A stretch of DNA of 64,000 nucleotides. Source: Scyliorhinus canicula. Taxonomy: Eukaryota. The stretch covers positions 7,987,196-8,051,195 of the forward strand of contig NC_052158.1 of the NCBI RefSeq assembly GCF_902713615.1, in the 5' to 3' direction. Below the pieces are notes generated by a model. That model was not told where the DNA came from. It worked only from the letters and a program-made list of their open reading frames with translations, and did not search any database. The position numbers and the translations under genes were made by a program. This document shows positions 48,668 through 61,499 of this stretch, piece after piece (position 1 is the stretch's first letter; every line of letters begins with the position of its first letter).

Positions 48668-49015
48668 AGAGATTCCGTGTTCTTGTGCCTGATGATCCCA
48701 TCGTAGTCACTGTGGGTGATGATATTGTATTAGAGTGCCAACTGGTACCAGATATATCTCTGGATAACCTGGAGATTCGATGGTTTACATCAGACTCAGC
48801 TTCACCAGTACATTTATACAGCAATGGACAGGACCGACCTGACGTGCAGGACAAAGCTTATCGAGGGAGAACAGAACTTTTTAAAGATGAGTTTCCCCGT
48901 GGAAATGCCTCTCTCAAACTGAAGAAGATAAAAGCATCAGATGGAGGGAGTTACACCTGTTTCATTGGCTCTAAAACATACCACGATGAAGCAGTGATAC
49001 ATCTGTAAGTTGGAG
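48668..49015 (+). pseudogene. Butyrophilin-type IgV exon, copy A, with premature stop
   Basis: ERFRVLVPDDPIVVTVGDDIVLECQL...IRWF...YRGRTELFKDEFPRGNASLKLKKIKASDGGSYTCFI...HL*; CAA>TAA at 49006-49008. Confidence 0.85.
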
Positions 49016-50729
49016 GTTTGTTCATCTTGTAGACGACTAAAGTTTGAATAATGTGAGGCATAAATTTCAGCCTTTCTAGGCTCTGGGGTATAAAAGCTCA
49101 GGAGGCCCGAGAAGGTAAATTAAACAACACGTAATTAGTTGACATAAAGTAAAGGTCGGCTTACAGCTCACAGATCCCCATCGGGATTACCGGAAGTGCT
49201 GGTCCCGATTTGGGCCGGCTTTGGTGGGAGAGCTCGAATTCTAGACCCCACGGGGAGATCGATCAGTGTGACCCTGTGGGTCTCATGAGGGTTATTTTAT
49301 ATCCCCCCCCCCCCACACACACACACAATGGGTTAGGATGGAGGAGGAATCCTGTAAGGGGTCCAGCTTAAGGGCTATGGTGACGGCAGTGTTGCCAATG
49401 ACACCGAGCAGGTACTCAGGAAGCCCTGTGGTGCAGTCCACGGTGCAGACCTGGAACCAGTTGAGGAGGCATTTTAGGATGGAAGGGATGTCGGTGTGAA
49501 CACCATTGTGTGAGAATCACGGGTTTGAGCTGGGGTGGGAATGGATGGCATGTATAGGAGGTGGACAGAAGTGGGGCTTGTCAAGGTGAGGGATTTGTAT
49601 CTGGAGGCAGGATTTGCCTGTCTGGAGGAATTGAGGGAGAGGGTAGAGCTCCCAAGAGGAAGTAAGTTTAGGTACCTGCAGGTATGGTTTGCAAAGGGTT
49701 CCCTAGGTTGCCGAGATACACCCTATGGGAGTGACTGCTGCTTCCGGATGTGGAAGGGGAGGGCAGGAGCGGAGACATATACAGGTGGCTGGGAGAACAA
49801 GGAGGTGAGCGGGTGAAGATTAAGGAGAAATGGGAAGGGGAGCTGGGAGGGGAGATAAACTGGGGAGCATGGAGTGAGGTACTGTGAAGGATAAATGCGA
49901 CCTCGTGAGCAAGGATGATCCTGATACAATTCAAGGTGTTACACAGAGTCATAGATTGTCCATGCAGCCCAGTTTCTATCACTAAGCTAGTCCCACTTGC
50001 CTGCATTTGGCCCATATCCCTCTATACCCACCCTGCCCATGTAACAATCTAACTCTTTTTTTTAAAGGACAAAATTGTACCTGCCACTAACGCTGCCTCT
50101 GGCAGCCCGTTCCAGACGCTCACCACCCTCTGTGTCATATGTACCCTCAGTGTACATATGACGTGGATAAGAATGAGTGGGTTCTTTCAGGGCGTGGCAG
50201 ATGATTGTGAAAGGCGTGGGCAGGTATCAGCGAATCACATGCACATATGTTCTGGGGCTGTGAAACGTTGGAGAGGTTCTGGGCGGGAGTATTTGCGGTG
50301 CTAATGAGGATAGTGGGGAGGAGGTTAGGCCGGATCCTTTGGTGGCAATATTTGGGATTTCGGAGAAGCCGGAGCTGATGGAGAGGAGGAAGACCGATAT
50401 TGGGGCCTTCGCCTCTCTGATTGCCCAGCTACGAATCTTATTGGAGTGGCGGTCAGCAACGCCACCGGGGGTAGCGGCCTGGCTGGGTGACCAGTATGTT
50501 TCCCTTCAGCTGGAAAAGATAAAATACGAGTTAAGGGGTTTAATGGAGGGGTTTGAGGCAAGATGGGGGATGTTTGTGACCATGTTTGAGGAGTTGTTTG
50601 TCGTGGGGGTGGGGGGGGGGGGGGGAAGAGGTGAAAAAGGAGAAACATTTGTACAAACTGTATAATCGTTGGTTGGGAAGCTTGTTTTGCGAATTGTTTC
50701 TGTTTTGTAACTTTTTATATTTTGTAATA

Positions 50730-51282
50730 GAACATGGAACATAGAACAGTACAGCACAGAACAGGCCTTTCGGCCCTCGATGTTGTGCCGAGCAATGCTC
50801 ACCCTACTCAAACCCACCCTATACCCATAACCCAACAACACCCCCCCCTTAACCTTACTTTAAGGACACTCCGGGCAATTGATCATGGCCAATCCACCTA
50901 ACCCGCACATCTTTGGACTGTGGGAGGAAACCGGAGCACCCGGAGGAAATCCACGCACACACGGGGAGGACGTGCAGACTCCGCACAGACAGTGACCCAG
51001 CCGGGAACCGAACCTGGGATCCTTGAGCTGTGAAGCCTTTATTTTGTTTTTTATTTTTTTTAAATAAATTTAGATTACCCAATTTTTTTTTCCAATTAAG
51101 GGGCAATTTAGCGTGGCCAATCCACCTACCCTGCACATTTTTGGGTTGTGGGGGCGAAACCCACGCAGACACGGGGAGAATGTGCAAACTCCACACGGAC
51201 AGTGACCCAGAGCCGGGATCGAACCTGGGATCTCAGCGCCGTGAGCTGTGAAGCATTTATGCTAACCACCATGCTACCATGC
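50730..51282 (-). mobile_element. HE1-like SINE containing a nested poly(A) SINE (51037-51241)
   Basis: Absent from unit A; the nested SINE has a 13-bp TSD TGAGCTGTGAAGC. Confidence 0.9.
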
Positions 51283-52164
51283 TAAAATACATTTTTAAAA
51301 ATTGAGAAAGAAAGACAAAGAATCTGTGACCCTCTCCCCAATTCTTCAATTACAGTACCACTCAACCCTGAGGTTACTGGTCAGAACGCATTTATTACCT
51401 GGCGTATTCATGGAAACTACACAGTAAATGTGTAAACAATACAAGAGGGAATAGTTACATTTTCCTTAATGTTCTGTGCTTTTGATGCCATTGTTCTTAA
51501 TTTATTTTCCTGATTCTTGCGGCAAAAGCTGGGGAGAAGGCCAGAGAACGTTAAAGTCTTTCTTAATTTTAATGGTTACGGCATGATTGGGTAGGAAAGG
51601 AGATGTCAAGATGCCGACACCAACGGTCACTTTTCTCCATTATATTGTTTGGGACATCCTGTAAAAAACTTAAAGGAGTGGATCCCGCGATGTCACTTAG
51701 TATTTTTGATGATCTGGGCACCATTTTTAAAGGCTGCCCCAGCCCAGAAATGTTAACCAGGAACCCCCGCCCCCCCCACCACACACACACCTTCCCCATC
51801 CCAACGGGAATGGACTTTCTTACAGGGTTTCGGGGAGAAGGATGATTCAGGTGTAGAGGTCTGATAATTAGATGCAGACATATGGAATTATGTTCCCGAT
51901 GTTGAACGTCAGGAATCCCATTACGTCACTGACAGGGGGTGAGGACAATCGCATCCCGCCTTTACGTTGGTGTGAAATGTGATTTGACCGTCTTGTGCGC
52001 TTTTCTGCTCCCTTTTCTGATCCCGCCCAAAGACAAAGAGAGCTGAACATCTCGGAAGTTATAGCACCAAAAATCAAATGTTAGTTTTTCCTTTAAATAT
52101 CGCCCAAAGATTAAATCTTTTCCCACATTATTTATGTTGATGTTTGAAATGTTCTATTTTCCAG

Positions 52165-52512
52165 AGAGATTCCGTGTTCTTGTGCCTGATGATCCCATCG
52201 TAGTCACTGTGGGTGATGATATTGTATTAGAGTGCCAACTGGTACCAGATATATCTCTGGATAACCTGGAGATTCGATGGTTTACATCAGACTCAGCTTC
52301 ACCAGTACATTTATACAGCAATGGACAGGACCGACCTGACGTGCAGGACAAAGCTTATCGAGGGAGAACAGAACTTTTTAAAGATGAGTTTCCCCGTGGA
52401 AATGCCTCTCTCAAACTGAAGAAGATAAAAGCATCAGATGAAGGGAGTTACACCTGTTTCATTGGCTCTAAAACATACCACGATGAAGCAGTGATACATC
52501 TGCAAGTTGGAG
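52165..52512 (+). CDS. Butyrophilin-type IgV exon, copy B (intact)
   Basis: Acceptor TTTTCCAG, donor GAG|GTTTGT, phase 1/1; Cys-Trp-Cys V-set core with D-E-G-S-Y-T-C; YRGRTELF and GNASL are typical of BTN/MOG/B7. Confidence 0.9.
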
Positions 52513-52584
52513 GTTTGTTCATCTTGCAAACGACTAAAGTTTGATCAATGTGAGGCACAAAATTTAGCCTTTCTAGGCTCTGGG

Positions 52585-52798
52585 GTATAAAAGCTCAGGA
52601 GGCCCGAGAAGGTAAATTAAACAACACTTAATTAGTTGACATAAAGTAAAGGTCGGCTTACAGCTCACAGATCCCCATCGGGATTACCGGAAGTGCTGGT
52701 CCCGATTTGGGCTGGCTTTAGTGGGAGAGTTCGAATTTTAGACCCCACGGGGAGATCGATCAATGTGACCCTGTGGGTCTCGTGAGGGTTATTTTATC

Positions 52799-52835
<37 letters not shown>

Positions 52836-55800
52836 AAGCCCAAAGGTTCCCCTGCAATGGGTTGTTGAGGGGATCTCCTTTGCTGTTTCGCCCGTGGCAG
52901 CGCTTCCCCAGCTGGGTCAAGGGGTCATGTGTCAGGGAATATCTTTTTCATGCAGAACGACGAAGGGGCAATGTCGGGAGCCTGTCTATGATTTCTGAGA
53001 ACGCTGAGGATTCCGTGACCATATCCAAGGCCGAGTCATCCATGGCCCTGGCATAGGTCCCTGGTCGGAAGTGCTTCCTGACTAAAGGATCGAAAACAGG
53101 TTGGTGAAGGCACAGATTCATCCAGCCTAGCTTCCTTTAGGGTGGGATCCCTCCCCTTGAGGTGGTCCACCTGATTCCGCATGGTTCGCTCTCTAGTCCT
53201 GACTGTATAAGAAACAGGCCCCATTTTCTGCTCTGTAGTCCCTGGGTTCCATTGGACACCATCCTGAAATTCCGAACATGAACACAGTCTCTTGGTTAAT
53301 ACCTCAGTCACACTTTTGTTGATCATGTTACCTCTTCTGGAGATCCTGCTTCAAATGCCAAGACTCGGGAACGTTAAATTCAGGCGGGTCCGGAGGAGTT
53401 GGCCCGTTAGAAATTCTGCCGGTGCTATCCCGGTTGTGATATGTGGTGTCATTCGGTAACTGAATACCTGGCTTTGTTTCAGTGGAACCCACATTCTGTT
53501 TCTCCATGCCTTGTTTAAACGTCTGGATTATCCGCTGTCGGAGCGTTTTCAGAGACTGACTATTGAGCTGGATTTTATGTGGGAATTTTCCCCACCTAAT
53601 TCCAGTTCAGCTAACACAAAGAGCTGCGGAGAGAACACTTCTGGTTAAGATGGCTTTACTTTCCAAGCTTGGTTTAATGTAAGAGAGAGTGATTTGGATA
53701 AATGGAAAAACCGCTCTGCTTTACATTGCTTCAGGTTCAACAGTTCTACAATTTCCAAAAATCAGTAGCCCACCCCTGTTGGACTCAATCCAATCCTTGC
53801 TGTTATAGATTTTACCTTGATCAAAGAATTTTACTTTCGGCAGCAATGTGACTGCGTGATCAATTTTGCACCATCCTGTTACCTGGTCATCTGTTATTTT
53901 TCTAGACCCTCACTTCCGCTGTCTCTTGCTCTCCCCGACTTCCGTCTCTTATCTTAGTGTGGTCCCTGTTCGTACCATTGTTTGCCTGAGCGCAGGTTGC
54001 TGGAACTGCTTATTGAGCTGGTTGCTGACCACATTATTGCTCTCTGTCCTAGGAATGTAGCCAAGTTAGCTAGCTTAAATCCCATCATACATTGTGGCCA
54101 CTACTATTAGCAAGAGTTTAAATGCCTGTTACTACTATGTTCTAAGAATACATGTTTAATGGTTAATAATGATTACTGGATATATTTTCAATGATTAGTT
54201 TCAATCCTCAATAAACTAACTTCTGTAAACCTATGTACCCCGAACAGGTGCTGGAATGTGGCGACTAGGGGCTTTTCACAGTAACTTCATTTGAAGCCAA
54301 CTTGTGACAATAAGCGATTTTCAGTTTTCATTTTCATGTAGAGCTATTCTAGTGTTATCCGAGCTATCCTGTTTTAAGGGGTCTCATCTCAGGACCCCAC
54401 ACCCCCTTCGTCTGCTCAGCCAAACCTTTTGAGGGTGAATGGTATGGAGCAGTTTGGAATTGTTTCACCCCGTTGCTTCTATCGGTCACGTTGTGCCGCG
54501 GTGAACTGCTTTTTGGGCTCAGCGTGGCCGTTGGATCGCGCCATTCAGTGCTCATCCGTCCACTTTGAGTTGGTGTCTATAAGGAGCAGAATCATTCACC
54601 CTATAAAGGGCCCTATGAAGTTGGTATGTAACCCCACCCAGCGGTGTCATGGCCATTCCCAAGGGTGGAGCAAGGCTGAGGGAGGAAGCTACTGGTGTTC
54701 CTGGCAAGCTGCACATTACTGCACCATTCACTTGATGTCACCGTCGAGCTCTGGCCACTATACATCGCTCCACATGAGCATTTTCATCATGGAAGCCCCC
54801 AGGTATGCACTATGCAAATATTTTAAGATCGTGCCCCGACCTGACCATGCAGGAGTATGTCATCCTCCTTACTGAGCTCCTGCTGCTTTGCAAGATAGAC
54901 CCGTAGCTCCTCTGGGGATTTTCCTTGTCGCCTGCCATGCAAGACAACATTGCATAGTTTTGCCAGTGTAAGATCCCTTTGTGTCCACGTGTGGATTTGT
55001 GCAGCCATCGTGGATAGGGGGTCTATGAAAATTAACGTCAATATGACTTTGCCCCTCACTGGCGGGAATGTGGGGGCTTACAGGTTGTGGGAGTCGGCTG
55101 AGGGCATTTGCATGCACGATCTGCGTTCCTGGACGATGTTCAAAGCTGCATTCATAAGCCGCCTACAGCAGTGGCCAGCATCAGATTCTGGCTGAGGCTG
55201 TTGGAATTAAAGAGGCCAGGTAAGGGCTTATGGTCCATGATCGCTGTGAAATGACGGCCATAGATGTACTGGTGAAATTTCTTTGCTGCGTTTTGACGAC
55301 CAGTCGTTCCTTCTCTGTTTGCACAGAGCGGCGCTTTGCATCGACCAGGGTTCTGGATGGGTATGCTATCAGCCTTTCTGTCCCATTGTTCCACCGGTGG
55401 GACACCACTGCCCCAATTCCATATGGGGAGGCGTCATATGTGAGGACGAGGGGTTTTGATGGATTGCAGTGCGTCACTCTCGCAGCGCTTCCCATGCCCA
55501 TTTCTGGATTTTCTTCAATAGCACATGGAGGGGTGCCAAGGTAGCCTCGTTTGGGCTGAACGTCCAATGATAATTGGGCCTCAAAAATAACCGCAGCTCA
55601 ATCATGTTTTCAGGTGTCGGTGCTCCCCTGTTGGCCTGGACTTTATCCTCCATCGGGGCAACCCATCCTTATCAACCCGTGTACGAGGTACATGACCTTT
55701 CTTCTCTGGAAGATTTGCCTCTTCAGGTGGACACCCACGTCAGAGAAACTCTTCCACATTGACAGGTGTTCCTTGTTGTTGGCAGCTGTAATGAGCACAT

Positions 55801-57180
55801 TGTCCAGTAGACAGCCTGGGAAAACCCTGGAGGATGTTTCCATCACCCGTTGAAAAATCGCACACGCTGATGACACCCCAAAGGGGAGCCTGGTGTACCC
55901 GTACAACCATCTGTGTGTGTTGATGGTGACATACTGCCGTGATACCGTGTCTAACTCCAACTGGAGGTACACATGGCTCAAGTAGAGGTTCGTGAACGAG
56001 TGATTCACTTGCCAACTTTACATACAGATCTTCTATGTGTGGCTCAGGGTGTCGGTCCAAACAGGAGGCCCTGTTTACTGTTTTCTTATAATCGCCACAC
56101 AGGTGGACGGACTTGACCAGTTTCCGCACCAGGACCACTGGTGCTGCCAGTTCTGTAAACTGGACCGGGTTTATGATGTCCAAGCTCTCTAGCCGGCCTA
56201 ATCTGTCATCTACATTTGTATCAGGGTGTCTGGGACTGGTTGGGCCCTGAAGTATTTAGGCTGGGCTTCTGGGTCAACATTATATTTCCCATGCCCTCCT
56301 GGAAAACATCCGGACTTCCTAAAGACAGCCAGTCTCCATCCAGAAGATTTATTGCCAGTTCAGCCAGGCTGTTTGTAACAAATTGTGGCCAAAAAGACAG
56401 GGTCTGGGTCCTTGAACCACTACCACTGGCAACCTAACCGACTGTTATCTGCTGGTGGTGATCTGGGTCACTATGGTAGTGATGATGGTTAATGGTTCCC
56501 TGGTAGCTAGCTGGGCTTTGGTATCACTCAAACCCAGGGCCAGAATTCCCATATGGAGCCGATGGAAAGTTTGTTGTCCAACAATAGAGACAGCAGCACC
56601 TGTGACAATTTCCATATCTAGGGGGTGACCTTTGACTTGAAGCTTTATCCTGAATTGGGCTACTTGGGGGCCATGATGCAATTTTGCCGCATCAGGTCTT
56701 CCTTCTCGGAGGGGGCAATAATTAAAGCCCTGGCTCGGGGCGTCTGAGTCACCTGGCCAGGGCGATGCGTTCACTGTCCATTCTGGTAGTCATCACCGCT
56801 GTGGGCGCTGCGACCACAAGGGCAGCACTGTTGTGGGTATTTCCCATCATCCTCTGGGGAGATGTGCTGTCGGACCGTGGTGGTCATGGCCATCGGACCT
56901 GACCGTGATGTTGTTTTGGTGGTGACTGGGGCGGTAATGGGCCGCTCTTCGGGATGGATGCCACCCAATACTGTGAATGTCGAAGTCCACAGAACCCTGG
57001 AACTGGCCAACCCCCTTTTCCACCTCTCGTGGGAGAGTGACAAGTCTATGGCCCCTTTCAGGTCCAAGGCTGGCTCCACTTCTAGCTTCCTCTGGGTTAT
57101 CATATTGCTGATTTCACAGACAAAACAATCTCATAACATCTCTGGGAGGGATGGACCGACATCACAATGTTCCGCTAACT
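52585..57180 (-). mobile_element. Decayed Gypsy (Mag-like) element: gag-pol, PPT and 3' LTR (about 52585-52798)
   Basis: Protease MEIVTGAAVSI; RT YTRLPFGVSSACAIFQ, LLDNVLI; RNase H LTYDASPYGIG; integrase TAPYHSPSKGLAE, YRMTPHITTG, GPVSYTV; G-run PPT then TGATAAAAT; interrupted at about 53470-54360. Confidence 0.85.
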
Positions 57181-57604
57181 GATGAAGGAGCGTCAGAAAA
57201 TCCGTCACCTATTTCCCAGGGTTGGACGGGCAGCATTGAACCGGTACCTCTGTATTATTACAGACGGCTTGGGGTTGGACGGGCAGCATTGAACCGGTAC
57301 CTCTGTATTATTACAGACGGCTTGGGCTTGTAATGACTAGTGAACATAGGGTCACGGGATGTACGGGTGTCCTTGCAAGGCACCCCCCCTAGGTGCCCTC
57401 TGGCCTCAGCTCACCCATCAGTGGGATGGGTGTAATCTAGCGCAACCTTATTGGCTGGGATGAGTGTATGTGGGGAGTATAATGTGTATATGCGGCTGCA
57501 GCTTGTCAGCCTCACGGACCTAGTGAATTCAGCCAGTCAGCAAACTATGACGATTTTGAACAGTTTCCATCTACTCTCGCTCTCCCTCAGTAGCCACAAC
57601 GCCT

Positions 57605-57888
57605 GTTAACGATTTTTAAAAGCACAAGTGAACCCCGCAATCGGTAATTCGCCCCAGTGGAGGCAGAGCATCGTGGAGGCCCCAGAGAATACTGGGTCAG
57701 GCCCGCTAATGATATGCCAACGCCGTTTACTGTACGTTCGTTCTGAAACGTATTGACGCTGCTGTTGAGGCACTGGAGAATTGTGATTTTGCGTCAAACT
57801 GTTACCCGCCACGATTTTTGGTGTCAAAATCAACTCTCCGCCCAATAGCCTTTCTCGATTCTGGCATCGACCAACGGAGAATCCCGCC
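57605..57888. mobile_element. Harbinger-family terminal fragment
   Basis: Ends GGAGAATCCCGCCC; homologous to about 23850-24187. Confidence 0.7.
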
Positions 57889-58389
57889 CATAATCTTTCA
57901 GAGTTCAGACAACACACACGTTAACACTTCTGAGTTCAGAGTGCAGAGCAGCAATGATCCCAAGTCCAAAAAGCACGCGCAAAGCAGTTACCTCCCGATG
58001 ACACTCGAGTAGTTCAATTCATTCAACACAGTAAGTTAAACCTTCTGAGCTCAGACAACACAAGACCCTTCAAATATGTGACCCCATAATTGTTATAATG
58101 TCACTGTTTGTCCTTGTGCAGGGAAACTGTTATCAGACAAGTTGGCGCATATTCAGAAGGATAACATCATTGGGTGAACTGAATATTGGAGTATCCACTC
58201 ATGACTCTGTTCACATAATTTAGTTGCACATTTCAGTTTCACAGAGGAGTCAAAATCTATGGGCATTTCTAAGGCATCTTTCTCTAGATGATGCAAAATC
58301 TCAGTGGAAAGTGCAAAGTTGTTTTGTGTGTCCATAACTTACTGGTGTAAGTTGGATAGGTGATATCAGAAATCCCAGTATTTCCACTT

Positions 58390-58512
58390 ACATAGAACAT
58401 AGAACAGTACAGCACAGAACAGGCCCTTCAGCCCACGATGTTGTGCCGACCATTTATCCTCATCCAAGATCAACCTAACCTCTACCCCTTCAATTTACTG
58501 CTGTCCATGTCT
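58390..58512 (-). mobile_element. CR1 3' tail fragment
   Basis: CATAGAACATAGAACAGTACAGCACAGAACAGGCCC. Confidence 0.75.
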
Positions 58513-58960
58513 ATAGAACATAGAATGATTTGTACCCTGTAAATAAGCCTGTGAGACAGGTAGACTACTTTCCCAGGACAATATCCTGGATAAAGTGTAA
58601 CCCACAATGTGATATTTGATTGTGGACAATTGGAAAATTGCCTAGGTAAGTCATATCTTCAAAAAAATAGGACAAATCCAACCCAACCATCACCCCGTCA
58701 GCCTTTCCAATCATCAGTAAACTAATAGAAGGAGTCATCAGAATGAATTCTACTGGTGAGGTGAGAGTGATTCTCATTAACGTAAAGCAACGTTGAATCA
58801 AGAGTGGAACTGAAGAGTTGAAGTAAAACTAAGATCAATGCGATAGTCAGTGTCGGCACAGTGAGTTATAATATTATTTAACAGATCAAAATGATTGTGG
58901 ATTTTTGAAATTAAACAAAATGAGCAATAGTTTGAATTCCTGATTAAATCCTAATTGCAG

Positions 58961-59245
58961 GTTTTGGACACCGGCCTTGGATGCAGCTGGAGGAAAACAA
59001 CAAAGACGGACTTCGTATTGTGTGTAAATCAGATGGATGGTATCCTGATCCAGTGATACGGTGGGAGGATGGGAATGGACAGGATGTAACAGCACAGTCT
59101 GAATGGGAATTCCTAAAGGACTCCAGAGGCCTTATTACTGTCCAGAGTCATATTGATGTCACAAGTGATTCTGTAAACAGGTTTTCATGTTTCATGGAAA
59201 ACCGGTTATTGAGGAAAAGACGAGAGGCCCATGTCCAGATATCAG
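58961..59245 (+). CDS. Butyrophilin-type IgC exon
   Basis: GFGHRPWMQLEENNKDGLRIVCKSDGWYPDPVIRWEDGNG...GLITVQSHIDV...FSCFMENRLL...VQIS; acceptor TTGCAG, donor CAG|GTAGGT, phase 1/1. Confidence 0.9.
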
Positions 59246-59296
59246 GTAGGTGCACGTTTAGTCATCAGTTTGTTACAATAAATATTTGCAGACAAT

Positions 59297-60018
59297 GGGT
59301 GCGATTCTCCGACCCCCCACGCCAGGTGGCAGAATTGCAGGAGGGTCGGGCGAATCACGCCACGCTGCCCTGGCACCCCCACGCGATTCTCCCACCCCCC
59401 AAAATGGTGTGTTGCGTTTTGTGACAGGCCGCGCGGAGAATCGCCGCTCGCCGTTTCTAACGGTGACCGGCGATTCTCCGGCCCGCATGGGCCGAGCGGC
59501 CTGCCGAACGCGACCGGTTCACGCCGGCGCCAACCACACCTGGTCGCTGCCGGCGTGAACATCGCGCGACCGCTGCATGTGGGCCCTGTGGGGGGGCGGA
59601 GGGAGGATCGAGCACCACGGGCGTGCTCAAGGAGGTGTCTGGCCCGCGATCGGCGCCCACCGATCGTTGGGCCGGCGTCTCTAAAAGACGCACTCTTTTC
59701 CCTCTGCCGCCCCGCAAGATCAAGCCGCCATATCTTGCGGGGCAGCGGAGGGGAAGACGGCAACCGTGCATGCGCGGGTTGGCACCGGCCAACCTGCGCA
59801 TGCGTGGCTGACGTCACTTAGACGCCGTCGGCCGTGTCATTCCAGGCGCGCCGCTTTGATGCAAGCATCAAGGCCCGATGCGCGAAATTCACGTGCCGTC
59901 GCTCCTAGCCCCGGGGGGGGGGGGGGGGGGGGGGGGGGGGCGAGGAGCGGCCGGAGTGAAACACTCCGGGTTTCACTCCGGCGTCGGCTGTTTGTCTCCC
60001 TTTGGGAGAATTTCGCCC
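59297..60018. mobile_element. Harbinger-type MITE
   Basis: GGGTGCGATTCTCC / GGAGAATTTCGCCC with 3-bp TSD AAT. Confidence 0.85.
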
Positions 60019-60469
60019 AATATTTCTCCTCTCCTGAAGGCACTAACTAACTTCCCGTAACAGCCTCCCCAAACAGGCGCCGGAATGTGGCGACTAGGGG
60101 CTTTTCACAGTAACTTCATTTGAAGCCTACTTGTAACAATAAGCGATTTTCATTTCATTTCAGACAGGGTGAGTTGGATGTTGAGATAATGGAAACGTTG
60201 ATAGTCATCTTCCAAAATTCTACAGATTCAGAGATGGTTCCTGCATCTGGAAGATAACAAATTTAAGAAAGAAGGGAGAGGGGAAAGAGGAAACTGCAGA
60301 CTTATAAGCCTGACATCAGTGGCTGGGAACAGGGGTGCAGTACCAAACATTGAGGTGAAGGAGCTCTAAGAAAATGGGCATATTTTATCATCCTTTACAC
60401 AGCCGGTTTTGTGGCAGAGAATCCAGCGGAAGCCAAACATTGGAATTCTTCCAGGGAGAAAGATTTAAG

Positions 60470-61220
60470 TGTGTAGTTATATTGTCAGTGGACTAGTAAT
60501 CCAGAGACCCAGGGTTTTGATCTGGAGATCTGGGTGCGAATCCCACCATGCCAGATGGTGAAATTTGAATTTAGTAAAAACCATGAAAAAACATAAGTCT
60601 AAGGGTGACCATGAAACCATTGTCAGTTGTTGTAAAACCCCGTCTGGTTCACAAATATCCTTTAGGGAAGAAATCTGTTATTACTCCAGATCTACAGCAA
60701 TGTGGGTGACTCTGAAATGCCCCCCCATGGGTGTTATATTGCCACGATTGGTAATATGTTGTATTCTTTATTGTTTCTTCCAGAATTACCCAATGTAGTT
60801 TTGACAAAGAATATACCAATCAAAAGATTGAAACAAAACTAATTTATTATTACACTACTAATTAAATGAAGTTCGAACACACTAATGAGCTACAGATGAT
60901 AATTAAATGATATTGAATCTGTCTTACAGTATTCAATATTCTATCTAGTCACTAACTACACTATGATTTAACCTTGTGCTATCTCTAATTAACATTCACT
61001 CATCTCGAAGCTTCTCCCTGTGCTTTTCACTGTGCTTCTCCCAGAATTCCCTGAGAGGCTGACTTAAATACAGAGTAGTAACGCCCTCTAGTGTTTGATT
61101 TATACAGAGATGTAATTATTAACCCTTCACTAACCTGACTATATACATATCATTACGATGGGTAATTAGGGATGGGTAATAAATGCTGGCCCAGTCGGCA
61201 ATGCCCATATCCCATGAAAG
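60470..61220 (+). mobile_element. tRNA-derived SINE split by a solo LTR
   Basis: GTGGACTAGTAATCCAGAG...GCGAATCCCACC head; the tail TAATTAGGGATGGGTAATAAATGCTGGCC resumes after the LTR. Confidence 0.65.
60732..61157 (-). mobile_element. Solo LTR (426 bp)
   Basis: TGTTAT...ATTACG (CA>CG), 5-bp TSD ATGGG. Confidence 0.75.
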
Positions 61221-61499
61221 AATATTTAAAAGTTTTCCGTCTCCCGATGGTGGGTTAATGGAGGGCTGGTTATCCCGCTGACGAGGGACGTGAATGCTAT
61301 TTGTATTCATTACCATCTCATCAATTCTGATTAAATTTATTGCTCGCTGGAATCAATCTTGCATCATGGCACCGGCAAAATCACATGTCTGAATCACGTA
61401 TGAAAAAGGTGGCGTGCTGGAGTTCAGCCTCACTTCACTCATGACTTTGAGGTGAGTGCTGCATTCACAGCCTTCCTGTCACAATGCTGCGTGGGTCTC

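Larger units (their letters stand above)
46397..52833. repeat. Tandem segmental duplication: unit A 46397-49325, unit B 49326-52833
   Basis: Both units start AATGGGTTAGGATGGAGGAGGAATCC and end GAGGGTTATTTTAT+C-run; B has an extra 553-bp SINE insertion. Confidence 0.92.

Noticed and set aside
57219-57325. About 53-bp direct duplication
   Set aside because: A simple local slippage duplication with no evidence of function.
58140-58340. 60-aa minus-strand ORF (MDTQNNFALSTEILHHLEKDALE...)
   Set aside because: No motif or splice support.
60784-60842. TTCTTCCAG acceptor after the IgC exon as a possible TM or terminal exon
   Set aside because: It lies inside a solo LTR and the phase 1 reading (ELPNVVLTKNIPIKRLKQN*) is not hydrophobic. 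Cryptic use cannot be excluded.
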